Shown in pieces: positions 43,001 to 57,563 of a stretch of 64,000 nt of DNA. Position numbers and translations under genes: made by a program. The first letter of the stretch is position 1, and the number at the start of each line of letters is the position of its first letter. Source of the DNA: Tubiluchus corallicola (lineage: Eukaryota > Animalia > Priapulida); contig JAQGDQ010000380.1 of NCBI GenBank assembly GCA_030141605.1, forward strand, positions 124,001 to 188,000, read 5' to 3'. The notes beneath the pieces are model-generated. The model saw nothing but the letters and a program-made list of their open reading frames with translations, was not told the origin of the DNA and ran no database searches.

Positions 43001-46000
43001 CTTGTCAGCTCGTGTAGTTATAGTCTATTCTTACTGTAAATGTTACTAATATCTAATGTAATCTTCTAGTAAAACTTGTCAGCTTGTGTAGTTATAGTCT
43101 ATTCTTACTGTAAATGTTACTAATATCTAATGTAATCTTGTAGTAAAACTTGTCAGTTGTGTAGTTATAGTCAATTCTTACTGTAAATGTTACTAATATC
43201 TAATGTAATCTTGTAGTAAAACTTGTCAGCTTGTGTAGTTATAGTCTATTCTTACTGTAAATGTTCTTGCAAATAGTGTATCAAGTCTGTTGTGGTGAGG
43301 ATCCTAAGTCATGTTGTTCAAACTGTCGGATCCAATCCTATAATAAATTATGTTTAAACTAAACTAAACTAAGTGCATGTGTGTGAAAAGGTTGATTCAT
43401 TTTGCACTAAGTTACTTGTTTTTTATGATTAGTAAACAGGCCAAGACAGCTCAGAAACCAAATGTATTTAAATGTATGCATGCTTAAACGTCAATTTGCT
43501 TCTTAAAGGGGAACAAAGGCATTGATAAACTATCTCCCAAAAAACTTTCCCTACAAAGTTATATTACTTAGCATTACGCTTACCTGCTTGAAAGACTTCT
43601 AGAAAAGAAAATTCTTGATAATTCAAAATGTTCCTGCCAACTAGTAAAATTTCGTTGAGTCACCTTCCAGGATGCACCACACACTCACCAAAAAACGTAG
43701 TTTTAATTTTGTTGACAAGATACAGTGATTTAAATCTTTTGTTTAATTAGTGAAGTGTGTGCCACGAATGCTCTGATTATTTTTTCGAACTTTACGACAT
43801 GTTATATAAACTTGCTTCAAATGACGTGTCGTCAAAATGGCTGCACCTAATGGAGTCATCTCGGGAGTTCAAATTTTCAAGTTTTATACAGCGCTACTGT
43901 TAACGCAGGCTCTGTATGCAATAAGACAGCACATAAATGTATGAAATTTCTAGACGAATTTTTTAAGCTTTGTGTAAGAGAAGGATTTCCTGTGCTTTAA
44001 TTTACCTATCTGTTAGCCAAACATTCAGTTGTTAGACATACGAACACAATCTCTTCTTACTTGGTCTATCAGTCTGTTCAAACTGGGTACTAGAAGAGAC
44101 AACCCACGATACTGTTACTCTTTATAGGAGAACTGTCATCATTTAACTTAGATGAAATACAGTAAGTTCGGGCTTAACGACTCCCCGTTTAGCGACGTTT
44201 CGTTTTTACGACGCCGATCTTTTGACACCTTTCTCCACTTAACGGTGCACGTTTCGCTTTAACAACGATTTTTTTCTTTGCTCAAAGCAAAATTTTATTT
44301 GACCAACAAAACTTTTGCCTAAATTAATGCATTAAAACAGCTCATGCTGTGTTATTCTTTTCTAAAAACGCTAATAACTTAAACAGAGCAATTATTATAC
44401 ATGTTTTTGCTTTCCGACTGAGTACTGACACTACTACTGTATTACTAGCAGTTTGTATCACTATCAAGTGACCAACTAGCAATTTTTGTCTGCAACCTGT
44501 TGCTGTAGGTAAAATTCCCAAAGGTGCCCAGGGCTTGGTTTACACTCTGCAGTGTTTATTGTACAAGGGCTGACTAGGCTTAAACGTTAACAAAAGAGAA
44601 ACTGCTATAGCTACGTATTGGTTGTAAAATATATAAGTGATTTCAAGCAAACAGGAAGACATTAATCAGTACAAATAAGAACAAAACTCGTAGAATATTT
44701 CATTTATATGATTATATGATTTTTTTTCACTAGAACGTATGTCAATTCTTTTACATTACTTTCTATGGAAGTCTTGGTTCGTTTAACAATATTTTGCTTA
44801 ATGTCGCATTTTGTTGGAACCTATTAGCGTTGTTAAGCGAGGACTTACTGTATGGACTTTCCAAAAAATAATCATTCCATTTCTCGAACAATAAACTCAG
44901 ATTTGACAGCAAATCAATCACATCCTTATTTATGTCAAATATTCAACATAAAACAGGTTATAATGCAAGAAACAAAATCTCTCAGGAGAAAAAGACTCCT
45001 AGGTTCGTCGATTAGTGGTTAGTTTGCAGATTGGAATGTATGTGCAATAACTAACCACCTTTATTTATTTAGACAACAACGAAGATACCCACATGGCTTT
45101 GCTCAATGCTACCTGATGTGTTCCCGTGTACTTGTGAAGATGGAACAGTTGGTGTTCAACTGACTTGCAGATACATTGGACTGGATGTTATAAGTGAAGT
45201 GCTGGCAAAGCTGAAAGGAGTGAAGCTAGACAAGCTTCATCTGACAGAGTGTGACATTAGCACGCTACCAGACAACTATTTCCAGGTATCTATTATATTA
45301 ATATATAATATATATTTATATATTATAAATTTATATATATATATTTAATTTATAAATATATTATTATAAATTTATTTATAATATATGTTATATATTTATA
45401 TATATATAAGATTCGAGGCTACAGCTCGGACGAGGGCACCATTTGCGGCGATCTATACATCAAACGAAAGGTCTCGATCTAGTGTCATGCCATTGGGGGT
45501 TTATTTTTCGGGAAGAACGGGGGGCGGAGGGGGCGAAAAACCTGCAAAAATGGCCATTTTCGGCCGATTTTCGCAAAAGTCATACGTCTGACATCTTGAG
45601 AATGTGAACGGGACATGGGTGGTGCCTTCCATGGATAGATAGCCCATTCAGCGGTGGGTGTAGTAGGCATATTTAGAATTTGCAAGAGGGCCATGGCGCC
45701 CAGCAACGGGCATTTTCCCGGACCAAACTCGAGATTTTTTCGAAAGTTTGGTCAAACAGCCTGCAGAAAAAACGTTCTGGTAATGCCTGGTGGGACTCTC
45801 GTACGTATTGATGGTGATGCTTAAATAGTTTGTAACGTGGAAGTCAAAATTTGCTCATTTTGTATGAATGTAATCCTGACGACACGTTTTGAGCAAAATG
45901 TTGATTCAAAGTAAGTTTAGTTGTTAAATTGAAAACTGTATAAAAGTGATAATATACCTTTCAGAGTTTTATTACATACACACGCAGTTGCAGTCAGGTC

Positions 46001-49000
46001 AAAGGGTATTTGTACTGCACCTTTTGCATGGTGCCCTTCTACTTGTAGCCTGGCACTCTCGCGTGATTATAATCACGAGATTACACTTGCATACGCCACT
46101 GAAATTTAACAGTATGACACCAAATGCAAGCATTTCGTATAAAATTTGATAAATGTCATGCTCAGATGACCTTGTAGCTAAATTAAATTGTGTGACTAAT
46201 ATTAACGTAGATCTAATATGATACTCTTATTCAAATAGCATAAGTGAGCAATAAAAATAGTCAGTAGCTGCAAATGAACGTCCCTTACGTCATAACAACA
46301 ACAAAGTGTGCGGTTGTCCAGGTACACAAATCTGTTGCTAATGGTGCTAAATACATGTAACCTTTGACGTTTTCACGATCATCATCAATTGCTGGAAACG
46401 TGAAAAGCTTATTTGGTCAGAACCTATAATAATGATGATGATGATGATGATGATGACAACAACAACAACAACAATAATGATGATAATAATAATAAAATAA
46501 TAATAACCTTTATTTAGAGTTGGCCTTAAGTTCAGCAGACAATGCAAGCCTGCCACGAGGTTATTATTGCCGACTATAAATAACAAACTACACCTACATA
46601 ACTGAGACTATGATCATACCACTTTTACCCTAAATAGCATGTGCCAGGCAGGGCAACAGGAGGAACCATTTTCTAAAGTGTTTGCTATGACCCGGCAGCA
46701 GTATTGAACTTACAACCTCTCAGACGAAAAGTTAAAGTGTTACCACTAGACTGTGCGGTCTGACAAAATATCACCCTGAATTAATTTCGTGTTCTTTTAG
46801 GATTGTAACATTACTGAGTTGGCAATAACTGATGGCCACATGAACAAAATTGAAGCCCTCGCATTCCGTTATCTGGAAAATGATTTAGTGACGCTCAATC
46901 TATCCGCAAACAAGATGCTGGAATTTCCAGACGAACAAATTGCCTATCTCAGCCAAATGCAAGTCATTGACTTCAGCTATAACGGTCTCACTGCTGTTGA
47001 CGAAGACACATTTGAAGGCATTAGCATGCTCAACAACATCAGATTAATAAATTTAGGATACAACAGAATCAGCCAAATAGTTCGAGCTTTCAACAATTTC
47101 AAAGCATTGGATACGCTTTACCTCGACGGTAACACATTGAGTTTTATACCATCCTTTACATTTGATGGTCTTTTCACTCTGAAACAATTGTGGTTAAGCA
47201 ACAATATTATCACAGGAATTGATATGAATGCCTTTGTCGGTATGGTCCTACTAGAAGAGCTCCACCTTGAGCACAATAAACTGACCGATGATGGATTACG
47301 TGTAGGCACATTTAATGGAATGTCAAGACTGGATCGATTGTATTTAGATTACAACTTGCTGACGGACATCAATGACCACATATTTACAGACCTCACAAAC
47401 CTACACGATCTCTACATTTCAAACAATTTGATAGATAATGTCATAATGGACGATTTTGTGGGTCTAGTCAATGTCAGCACCTTGGACTTATCTCACAACT
47501 TGATCGAAACAATACCATTTGAAGGCTTCAGAGACATGATCGAGTTGGATAATCTCTTTCTGGGGTTCAATAAAATAAACTCTATCTGCCGAGGAGCTTG
47601 GAGTGGCCTGCACGATCTAAAACAACTGTTCCTAGAATATAACCAAATTGATTACTTCCTATTCAACACCTTCGAAGGTGGACGGCAGGCAGACAGAACC
47701 AACGTTGTAGGTACTGAACATTTTTATTATTACTCAATACAGTTTACTTTTGATTTAAGCCTTTTTGTCAAAAACCAAGACTGTTCAGTGTGGAAGATGT
47801 GTGCAATTAAAAAACAGCAGCAAAATATCCTAAAAAAGACCAACTGAACAGTTTTTAAATCCCCAAATTGTGATTTTGTTAATGAAGATGCAAGTACAAT
47901 AAAACAGATGAAATGAAAACATATTAATGAAACATCTGAACAAAGCGCTTGTAGGACTATTTTGTTTTATCGTGCTCTGTGCTGTTTACCATTACATGGA
48001 ACAAATTGTGCAAATTTTATCCATAACAGGTATTCAATGAAATTTTAAATTTAATACGCATACTAATGCATTTCAGGGAATCCGATAATATGTGACTGCA
48101 ACGTACAATGGGTTGTGCAAGATGATGGCTTCTTTTTAGACGGTACTTGTTCGCATCCACCAGAACTTGCCGGAGAAGAAATTGAGCTTATCAATCCCGC
48201 GTTGCTACGCTGCTCCGAATGCGACCTCGACACCGTGAAGACGCGCCAGAATTATGGAACATGTGACTTTAGAGACCATGACATTTGCGAATTCGATGTA
48301 ATTCCTACAGCCGGTCCCCCACCCATTTACAGATGCCCCACAGAAGACTTGTCTCCATGCACCTGTAGTGAAACTGGCATCCCATTCATAGGAGTAACTG
48401 TTGTGTGTCGGGGTGGTCATATTAACGACGTGATGGATCAAATTAAGAAGGTCGACGCTTTGTTTGAAACACTAGAAATTAATGGAGCAACTTTCAGCAA
48501 CGATGAAATTCCTAGCAAGCTATTTGATGGACTAATGATAACAGAGCTGCGCATAATAGAAAGTGGAATTGTAAGCATAGAGAATGATGCGTTTGTAGGT
48601 CTGGAAGATGATGTGGTCACATTATCTCTCAGCAACAACGAACTGGAAAAAGTTCCAGATAGAGCCATCGAAGTTCTAGAAAACATAGAAGTGTTAGATC
48701 TTTCGCACAACAACATTATCGACATTGATGACGACGATTTTCTGGAACTGAGACTGCAGAAGTTACAAGATTTGTACCTTAATGATAATGAAATTGCCCA
48801 ACTTGAACCCAGAGGCTTTGCACACCTGGCCAGGCTTCAGTATTTATACCTGCAGAATAATAAAATAACCTCGATAGTTACGGCAACTTTTAGCGAGATG
48901 ACCGAATTGCGATACTTGTGGCTTTATGGTAACAACATTGGAAGTGTTGACATGAATTCGTTTATAGATGCAGTCAATCTTCATTATTTGTCTTTAGCAA

Positions 49001-52000
49001 ACAATCAACTTACGGACATTGGTTTGTCTGTTGGCAGTCTTAATGGTCTAAAAAAGCTTGAACTCTTGTTTTTGGATAACAATCAACTGACTGATATTAA
49101 TGCTCACATCTATGCAGAGCTTGAAGAATTAGATCAACTTTATGTCAGAAACAATGCTCTGGTAAACGTCTCCTGGGATGATTTTCAAGGATTAAAAGAC
49201 TTGAAATTGTTGGATATATCCGGTAACAAAGTATGGGAATTGCCCCACGGCTTCACGGGAGAAATGCCCCTGCTAGAAGAACTGAAGATAAATGATAACA
49301 TTATTGGGCAAATTTGTCAAGGAGCTTTTTCAAACGTCGAACATCTTTGGAACTTGCAGCTAAGAAATAACCACATTAGCTATTTCCTTGATAATACATT
49401 TTCTGGAGAAAACAGGCCAAAAAGGATCGAGTTGCAGAACAATCCAGTTAATTGTGACTGCAATAGCATATGGCTAAGGCGGCAAAATGCTATTGGAACA
49501 TGCTTTGCACCACCAGAACATTTTGACAAAGAAATACTTGACGTTCCGATATTTCAGTTCACATGCTGCGACACGTGTGATATAAGGGATAAGGATTATT
49601 GCGATGCGGGAACGATTACACCTACATATCCACCTGGTACAACATCTCCGCCATCACCACATGTTTGCCCTTCTGCTGAAGAAATACGCCCCTGCACCTG
49701 CATGGTATTCACCAACGGATTAGATGTTAAATGCAGAGGTGCCACATTTGAGGAAATGGAAACACTAGTCGGCGCACTGAACGGGCAAATATTAGAACGT
49801 TTTGAAATAGACGACAGCGACATGAGCGATATTTCTAACAACTTCTTTGCAGGATTGCAAATAACGTTCCTTGCGATACGATCAAGCAAAGTGGCGAATA
49901 TTGGGAATGACGCATTTAATGGACAGAAAGATTCACTAACAAATTTAATTCTCTCACATAACAAAATTTCAGCATTTCCTGCTCAACCGATTAGAAGCCT
50001 GGAAAATGTAAGAAACCTAGATTTGTCGTTCAACGGCATCACTTCTATTGGACAAAATCTATTTCCACAAGACAACAGCCTAGTAACGGTATCACTGGAT
50101 AGCAATAGAATAAACTCTGTAGCCGATCGAGCATTTGAACGTCTCACTGAACTGCAACTTTTATCCCTTTCTAACAATTTGATTCAGGAAATTAGAACAA
50201 ACACCTTTTCAGGGCTGGGTGAACTTCGTCAACTTTGGCTAACGAGCAATCGAATCACGGTGTTGCAGGATAATGCTCTGAACGACTCACCGAAACTCAG
50301 TCAGCTTTTCCTAGACAGCAATCAACTAGATAATATTGGATTACGGGACGATTCACTTCTTGGACTAAATGAATTACAGTACTTGAATTTAGACAGGAAC
50401 AGAATAACAGACATTCCAGATCACGTTTTCAGAGAACTTACTAACCTCGCAACTTTATATATACGATACAATCTGATAGATAACATCATCAAAGAGGATT
50501 TTGATGGACTTGGCAGTGTCAGTCGATTGGATTTGTCTGGCAACTTCATTGACAAATTGCCGCAAGATTGCTTTAGTAACCTGCCACGAATAACGGTGCT
50601 AACTCTCAATTACAACAAGATCTCTTCTGTCTGCCAAGGAGCTTTCAATAATTTGAATGAAATACGTAATATCTATCTGACAAACAACTCACTGGAATAT
50701 TTCTTGCAAAATTCATTTGATGGAGGGAGAATTCCAGCCGTTATTCACATAACAGGTAAGAATGTGTTTAAACGACAAAAATTTTGTTCAGGAATTCGGC
50801 GACAAAACAGCAAATTACCGTATCGAATCAAAAATAGTATTTTAAGATGTTTTATTTAACTTTTTATTTGCACAGACACAATTTTTCTGGCATTCCACAC
50901 TCAGCATAAGCTTTCTTGCTTTTTTTTATGATTTTTATCCCTTTCAGTGAGGTCAATGACACAACATTGCAAAACGTCCTTAAAAAGTGTCAAATGCAAC
51001 ACTCCGCCCCGACGCAAACCCGAAAACTGATTATTGCGAGTTCATCTAAGGCAAATTTAACTGGAACTCTGGACTTCATCTTTTAGCTTTCAGGTAGCTC
51101 CCTGATAATACCTTATTTATTTGCCTATATCTTTTTCTTCTTTTTTCAGAAAATCCTGTTGATTGTGACTGCAATGTAAGATGGGTTGTCGAAAATGATG
51201 ACATCTACTTGGAAGGTAAATGTGCCAGTCCCCCGCAATTTGAAGGCCAAAACATTGAAGACGTAGAGTGGGACCTAATGGTTTGTGGTGACTGTGAGAA
51301 TGGGCAAACAAAAGCATGCGACATCAGGGACAAGGATTTTTGTTCTCTGAGTGTCGTACCAACACCGTCTACGCTACCTCCTCCGCCAGTTTACAAATGT
51401 CCAGATGCTGGTACGATTGCACCGTGTACTTGTAAGTCAACGGATGATCCGTACGAAGGTCTGTTTGTTGACTGCTTTGATCCAAATTATGAACGAATAC
51501 TGGAAAATATTAAGAAGATTGGAGAGAATAACCTTATTGACACTTTAACAATCAAGACCATTATGGACACAATCCCAGAGAAAGCTTTTGAAGGAGTTAA
51601 TGTTGACAAGATTTACATTGTGGAAAGTCAAGTTTCTGAAGTTGACGAGGACGCTTTTGTCGGCGTGGAAGATGTACTCAAAGGAATTACAATAACATTC
51701 TGCAATTTGACAAAATTTCCAGACAGGTAAGGAGTTATGGCATGCAATTAGAATTTTTTGTCTTTTATCCTGTGGTTCTGCTTATCAAACTTGTTGGCAG
51801 ACTATAATTTCAAAAATCATCAAATCTGATGGCTGGTTGCTTGACTACAGGATCCTGTTGCTATAGAATATTCACACCGATAACTTTACCATGTTGTGCA
51901 TTTCTCCATTATTGGTCACAGTGGCGAGTCACTACTTTTAAAAGGCAAAGGACATAGAATCAACTGCAAATTTAGGTCAGTTTGTAATCAATTAGCAGAT

Positions 52001-55000
52001 CATATCAATTAGTGATTGTACAGCAATTCAAATTTACTGGTAATCCCTTAACTCAATTTTTGTTCCTCCATCCTACGTTTTTGTCCCATGTAAAATAGCT
52101 ACTGATTTCCGAGACACAGAAACTGGTCCCATCATTAATCCATCAGTCACTGCTTGTTTATTGATTCATGATAGACTAATGATAGTGAAACGATCGTCTA
52201 AAAATGAATATGGGCAGGCCAGTGTTTTTACAACATGCGAGCTAAGTAAAAATCTCAAAGGGTGCTGGTAGCCAAAAAAATCAGTTTGCCCGACGTATAA
52301 ATCCGTATGAATCTACTAACAGATTGTATATATTTCAGGGCACTGGAAAAATTAAACGAAGTAGAAAACATTGACTTGTCAAATAATCAGATTGTGGATA
52401 TAGACAATGATGACTTCTTGTCACAATTCTTTCCAAAACTGACGCATTTACGGTTGCAAAACAATCGGATAGATTCTATTGCACCGCAAGGTTTTATGAA
52501 TGTGCCCTCACTTCAAAATCTGTACCTAAGTGGAAACCAGCTCACATCAATCCAGACAGCAACATTTCAAGGATTGCGCAATCTCCTATATTTGTGGTTA
52601 TATGACAACCAGATAACGCAAATAGCCACGAACAGCTTTGGAGACCTTGTCGAGCTTTCTTACTTATCACTGTCCCATAATCAATTGACTAACATGGGAT
52701 TATCCGGAGGCGCTCTCGCGGGAATGCCCGAACTGGACATTTTCTACCTCGACAACAACCTCTTAAACGATCTAAGTGGATCAGTATTTGCAGATCTTCT
52801 CGACCTAAAAGAATTGTACATTAGAAGGAACATCATCTTAAACATCTCGTACACTGATTTCATTGGTATGGACAGTCTCTATCAGCTTGACATTTCAAAT
52901 AACCTGATTAGGGAACTTCCGGCAGACGCATTCACGAGCATTCCTAATCTCAAAACCCTCAGAATTAACAACAATTTCATCGAACCAGTTTGCCAAGGCG
53001 CTTTCAAAGGACTTGAACACTTGGACGTCTTAGAGCTAGCGGAAAACCGAATAATTTACTTGATGGAGAACGCATTTGAAGGTGTAGCAAAGCCAAGGCA
53101 ACTAGACTTATCAGGTATTTGGTTACAGATATGATAAAAATTTATTTCACGACCATTTTCGTGCAATTTAACATTACTGCTGATGGTTTACATTCACAAA
53201 TATGCTTAACTGTCCCGTAAAGTAAACTAATGATATATTAGCATAGATAATTTTTGACATCCAATACCAAGACAGCATCCAGCATTCAAAAGAAGGAGCT
53301 ACTTAACCTAAACAGTTAAACTGATATTGAAGCCTACCGGTTAATAAATATCAGGTGAGTTACTGACCTGGCACAGGTGCCTTAGTTGTGTTCAATAAAA
53401 GTAGCTTTCCAAACAGTCACACATTTATACATTGACTAAACTGGGCCATTAATTTTGATTACCAGACACACACATGACCACTCAGCTATTCACTCGCTTG
53501 ATGAATTTCTAGCACTAATGCATACGATAAGTTTGATAACACAAAACTAGCAAGTGATGGGGAAATCAAATTCTTACGGCGTGTTCAAACTAGAGAGTTT
53601 TCTAGCAAGTGTGAACGGCTTTGTGGGTTCTCTCGGCAAGTTATTGCAAACTCTCCGAGAGTTGCTGTGAGTTCTCTTGCAAGTTTCTTGTTGACAAGCT
53701 CTATTCACTGCGAGAACTCTCAGAGAAAACTCTCGAAAAAAACTCTAGTCTGAATGCATATTTAAGGAGAAATTATCTGGCAGCACCTGCTTGTGCAAAG
53801 ACATGGCTATTTATTCCAACACAATCATAACATTTGGATCTATCTCCATGATTGGCTGCCAGTTAGCGAGAACGGCAACATACAGTTTCCGTGTACTGTA
53901 CTGTACCAACCGTAACATTGTCATGATCACGCATAATAGAAATATAATGAATAAAAATTAATATTGAGGTCCAAAAATTTATATTGCAAAAGCAAACAAG
54001 ACAATTTCTAAATAGTAAACTTACAAACAGTATGCTGCCAAACAAATTTACAAATATCATTTAAAGACAATCAGCATTTTATCTGTTTGTATTCATTTGC
54101 TTTACAGGTAATCCAATCATGTGTAACTGCAACAACGAATGGCTTGCAAATACCACAAACATTCTCGGAACCTGTGAAGGACCAGAATGGCTGGAGGGAC
54201 TGGAAATACAGAGTCTTCCTTTCTTTTTATTCCTCTGTTTAGATCCAGAAGATGACATAACCGAACTTGATTACTGCCATCCGGAGACTATACCACCGAC
54301 CCGTCCTACGCCGAGGCCGACTGATCCTAATTACCTTTGCCCAGATGAGGAAGAGATACCTCATTGTCATTGTACACCAGGTTTCACTGGCATTTCTATG
54401 CAATGCAGTGGAAGCGAGTTGACTGTAGAAGTCCTCCAGGACCACCTTGGAAAAGTTGGTCCAAGCATTGAGTCCCTGCTAATACACGACTGTAACATAA
54501 ACACTTTACCGAATTCACTTTTTGTGGGAAAAAACATATCATTCTTATCAATTGTAAGATGCTATGTTACTAATGTTCAGTTGAACGCTTTCGCTGGACT
54601 AGAGGACTCATTAGAGCTAATTTCGCTGGCTACTAATAAGCTAAATAGTGTGCCTAGCACTGCATTAAGATCTCTGAGAAAGTTAACTAACATTGATCTC
54701 TACGGTAACGGTATTGAAACCATATCAACAGCAGACTTTGCTGGATTTCAGTGTGCAGAAACTTTAAAAACAATGGGTCTCCATGACAATCGAATAAAAC
54801 AGATAACGCGCGGTGCTTTTAGCCCATTCACGGAACTTCTTCAGTTGTTTTTGCATGGCAATATCATTACCACTCTAGAGACAAGAGTATTTGAAGGTCT
54901 TAATTTACTTGTACAACTGACACTGAATAAGAATACCATCAGTCAAGTTGAAGTAAACGCTTTCCAAGATTTAGAAAACCTTGAATTTCTTGACTTAAAA

Positions 55001-57525
55001 GATAATCAGCTCACAGACGAAGGTCTCCCGCTTGGTTCACTGGACGGCTTAATTGACCTGAGTACGCTGAGTCTGGACAACAACAAATTGACGGATATAA
55101 ATGCGGAAGTTTTCCGCCACATGAGTGATATACATGTTCTGTCTGTCCAAAATAACCTCATTGACAATGTCTGGTGGGATGATTTCATTGGCTTAGAAAC
55201 ATTGAGTTATCTGTACTTGTCTGGAAACCAGATTGAATCAATTCCAGACGGAGCATTTAGGGAACTTCCAGGAGTGGAATTTCTTTGGCTTGACAACAAC
55301 CGGATCCGCCACATTTGCAGAGATGCTTGGAGGGGCATGTCTAGCTTATGGCGCGTCGATCTTGCATCGAATCTAGTTCAGCATTTGCTCTACAATACTT
55401 TTCCAGAAGACGACCCCACAACACATATGCCTTTCGACATTCATTTAACAAACAACCCAGTCGAATGTGACTGCAATCTGAGATGGATTCATAACTATCC
55501 GAGCCTTACAGTACACGGAAACTGTATGTTGCCATTCTCGCTAACTGGTCAGCCAATCATGGAGGTAGATCCAAACGTTATGATTTGTGAATGCACTGTC
55601 CGAAGTTGTGATATGTCTGATATTGACATATGCATAGGTCCTCCAACTTGCCCACCAGCTGATACAATACAACCGTGCTACTGCGAACAGATCGGCTTCG
55701 GTAAAACACAGATTAACTGTTTCGACGCAAGTTCGTTTAGCATCTACAATGCACTAAGTAACGTAGAAGGTCCAGTCGAAGAAATACACATTCAGAAGTC
55801 AAACTTGAATCCGCTAATGGGAAATGCATTCATCACATTGCAGGCAAAGTCAATACGGATATCAGACTCTAACATTGCAATTATTGACGATGCCGCCTTT
55901 GCGGGTCAAGAATACAGTTTGGTGAACCTGACACTTGACTCTAACATGTTAAGATCAATTCCAAGGCATGCAATAAACAGTCTAGTCCAGCTGGAACGTC
56001 TTGACTTGAGCAAAAACGAAATCACAAATGTGGTACGAGATACAGCTGAAATTAAAACTGAAAAAGCGTACGAGAGTTTGCACACTCTCGTCTTGGCGTA
56101 CAACTTAATAAACGACATTCCAACAGATGCATTCAGTTCAATGAGTGCGTTAGAGGAAATTAATCTAGAACACAATCAACTAACAACGATTCAAAACAGA
56201 TACTTTCAAGGACTCATTAACTTAGAAGTGCTCAATCTTCGATATAACTATTTATCCACACTTGAGCAGTTTGCGTTTCAAGGCACTTATAACCTAAAGT
56301 ATCTAGATCTCGGAGTAAACCAGCTAAATGCTAACGGACTGTCTCCGCAATGTTTTGCGAACCTTCAAAACCTAGAAACATTGATACTGGGTGATAATCG
56401 CTTCAGATCTATTCCCGCCGACACGCTGACGCCATTGCTGTCACTTCAGACGCTTGACATATCGTATAATCAAATATATACCATACCGGCCCATTCCTTC
56501 GAGGGCCTGAGATTGGTCAAATTCATCGACTTGTCTAATAACGTGATCCGATTTGTCTGCGAAAATGCTTTTGTTGCTGAAGCTGGACTAGATAATTTGC
56601 AAGAGATAAACCTGGCCAATAATGACTTGCAGCACGTAATAGAAAACACCGGAATAGCACAAACACCAGTTGAAGATCTGATACTGCGAGGTGAGTGTTT
56701 TTTCTAGTTTACTGTATGAAAGTCACCTTTCCTTCTTCCTATCCCTAATCTTACTATTTTTTCAATTCCATCATTTCTACTAACCCTAACCATTCTTTCA
56801 TTCACTCATCTTCCCCTCCCTTCCTTCTTCCTATCCCTAATCTCACTATTTTTTCAATTCAATCATTTCTACTAACCCTAACCATTCTTTCATTCACTCA
56901 TCCACCCCTCCCTTCCTTCTTTCTATCTCTAATCTTACTATTTTTTTCCATTCCATCATGTCTACTAACCCTAACCATTCTTTCATTCTCTCATCCACCC
57001 CTCCCTTCCTTCTTTCTATCTCTAATCTCACTATTTTTTCAATTCCATCATTTCTACTAACCCTAACCATTCTTTCATTCACTCATCCTCCCCTCCCTTC
57101 CTTCTTTCTATCTCTAATCTTACTAATTTTTTTCCAGTCCATTATGTCTGCTAACCCTAACCATTGTTTCATTCACTCATCCTCCCCTCCCTTCCTTCTT
57201 CCTATCCTTAATCTCACTATTTTTTTCCAGTCCATCATGACTACTAACCCTAACCATTCTTTCATTCACTCATCCTCCCCCCTCCTTTCCTTCTTCTTAT
57301 CCCTAATCTCACTATTTTTTCCATTCCATCATGTCTACTAACCCTAACCAATCTTTCATTCACTCATTTGTGCCACCTTAACAAGCCAAGCTTTCAATGT
57401 GTCATACAGCAACTCTTTTATTTGGTTAATTTGACTTCATCAACGTTTTTTACCTATACTGTTTCTTTTTGCTTCAATAATATTGTATGTTGATGTATTG
57501 TATATGTATTGCTGGAGTGAAATAA

Positions 57526-57563
<38 letters not shown>

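Noticed and set aside
45290-45900. Possible Helitron-like non-autonomous element after an (AT)-rich tract
   Set aside because: GC-richer insert is visible, but no clear 3' hairpin-CTAG terminus or second copy was found.
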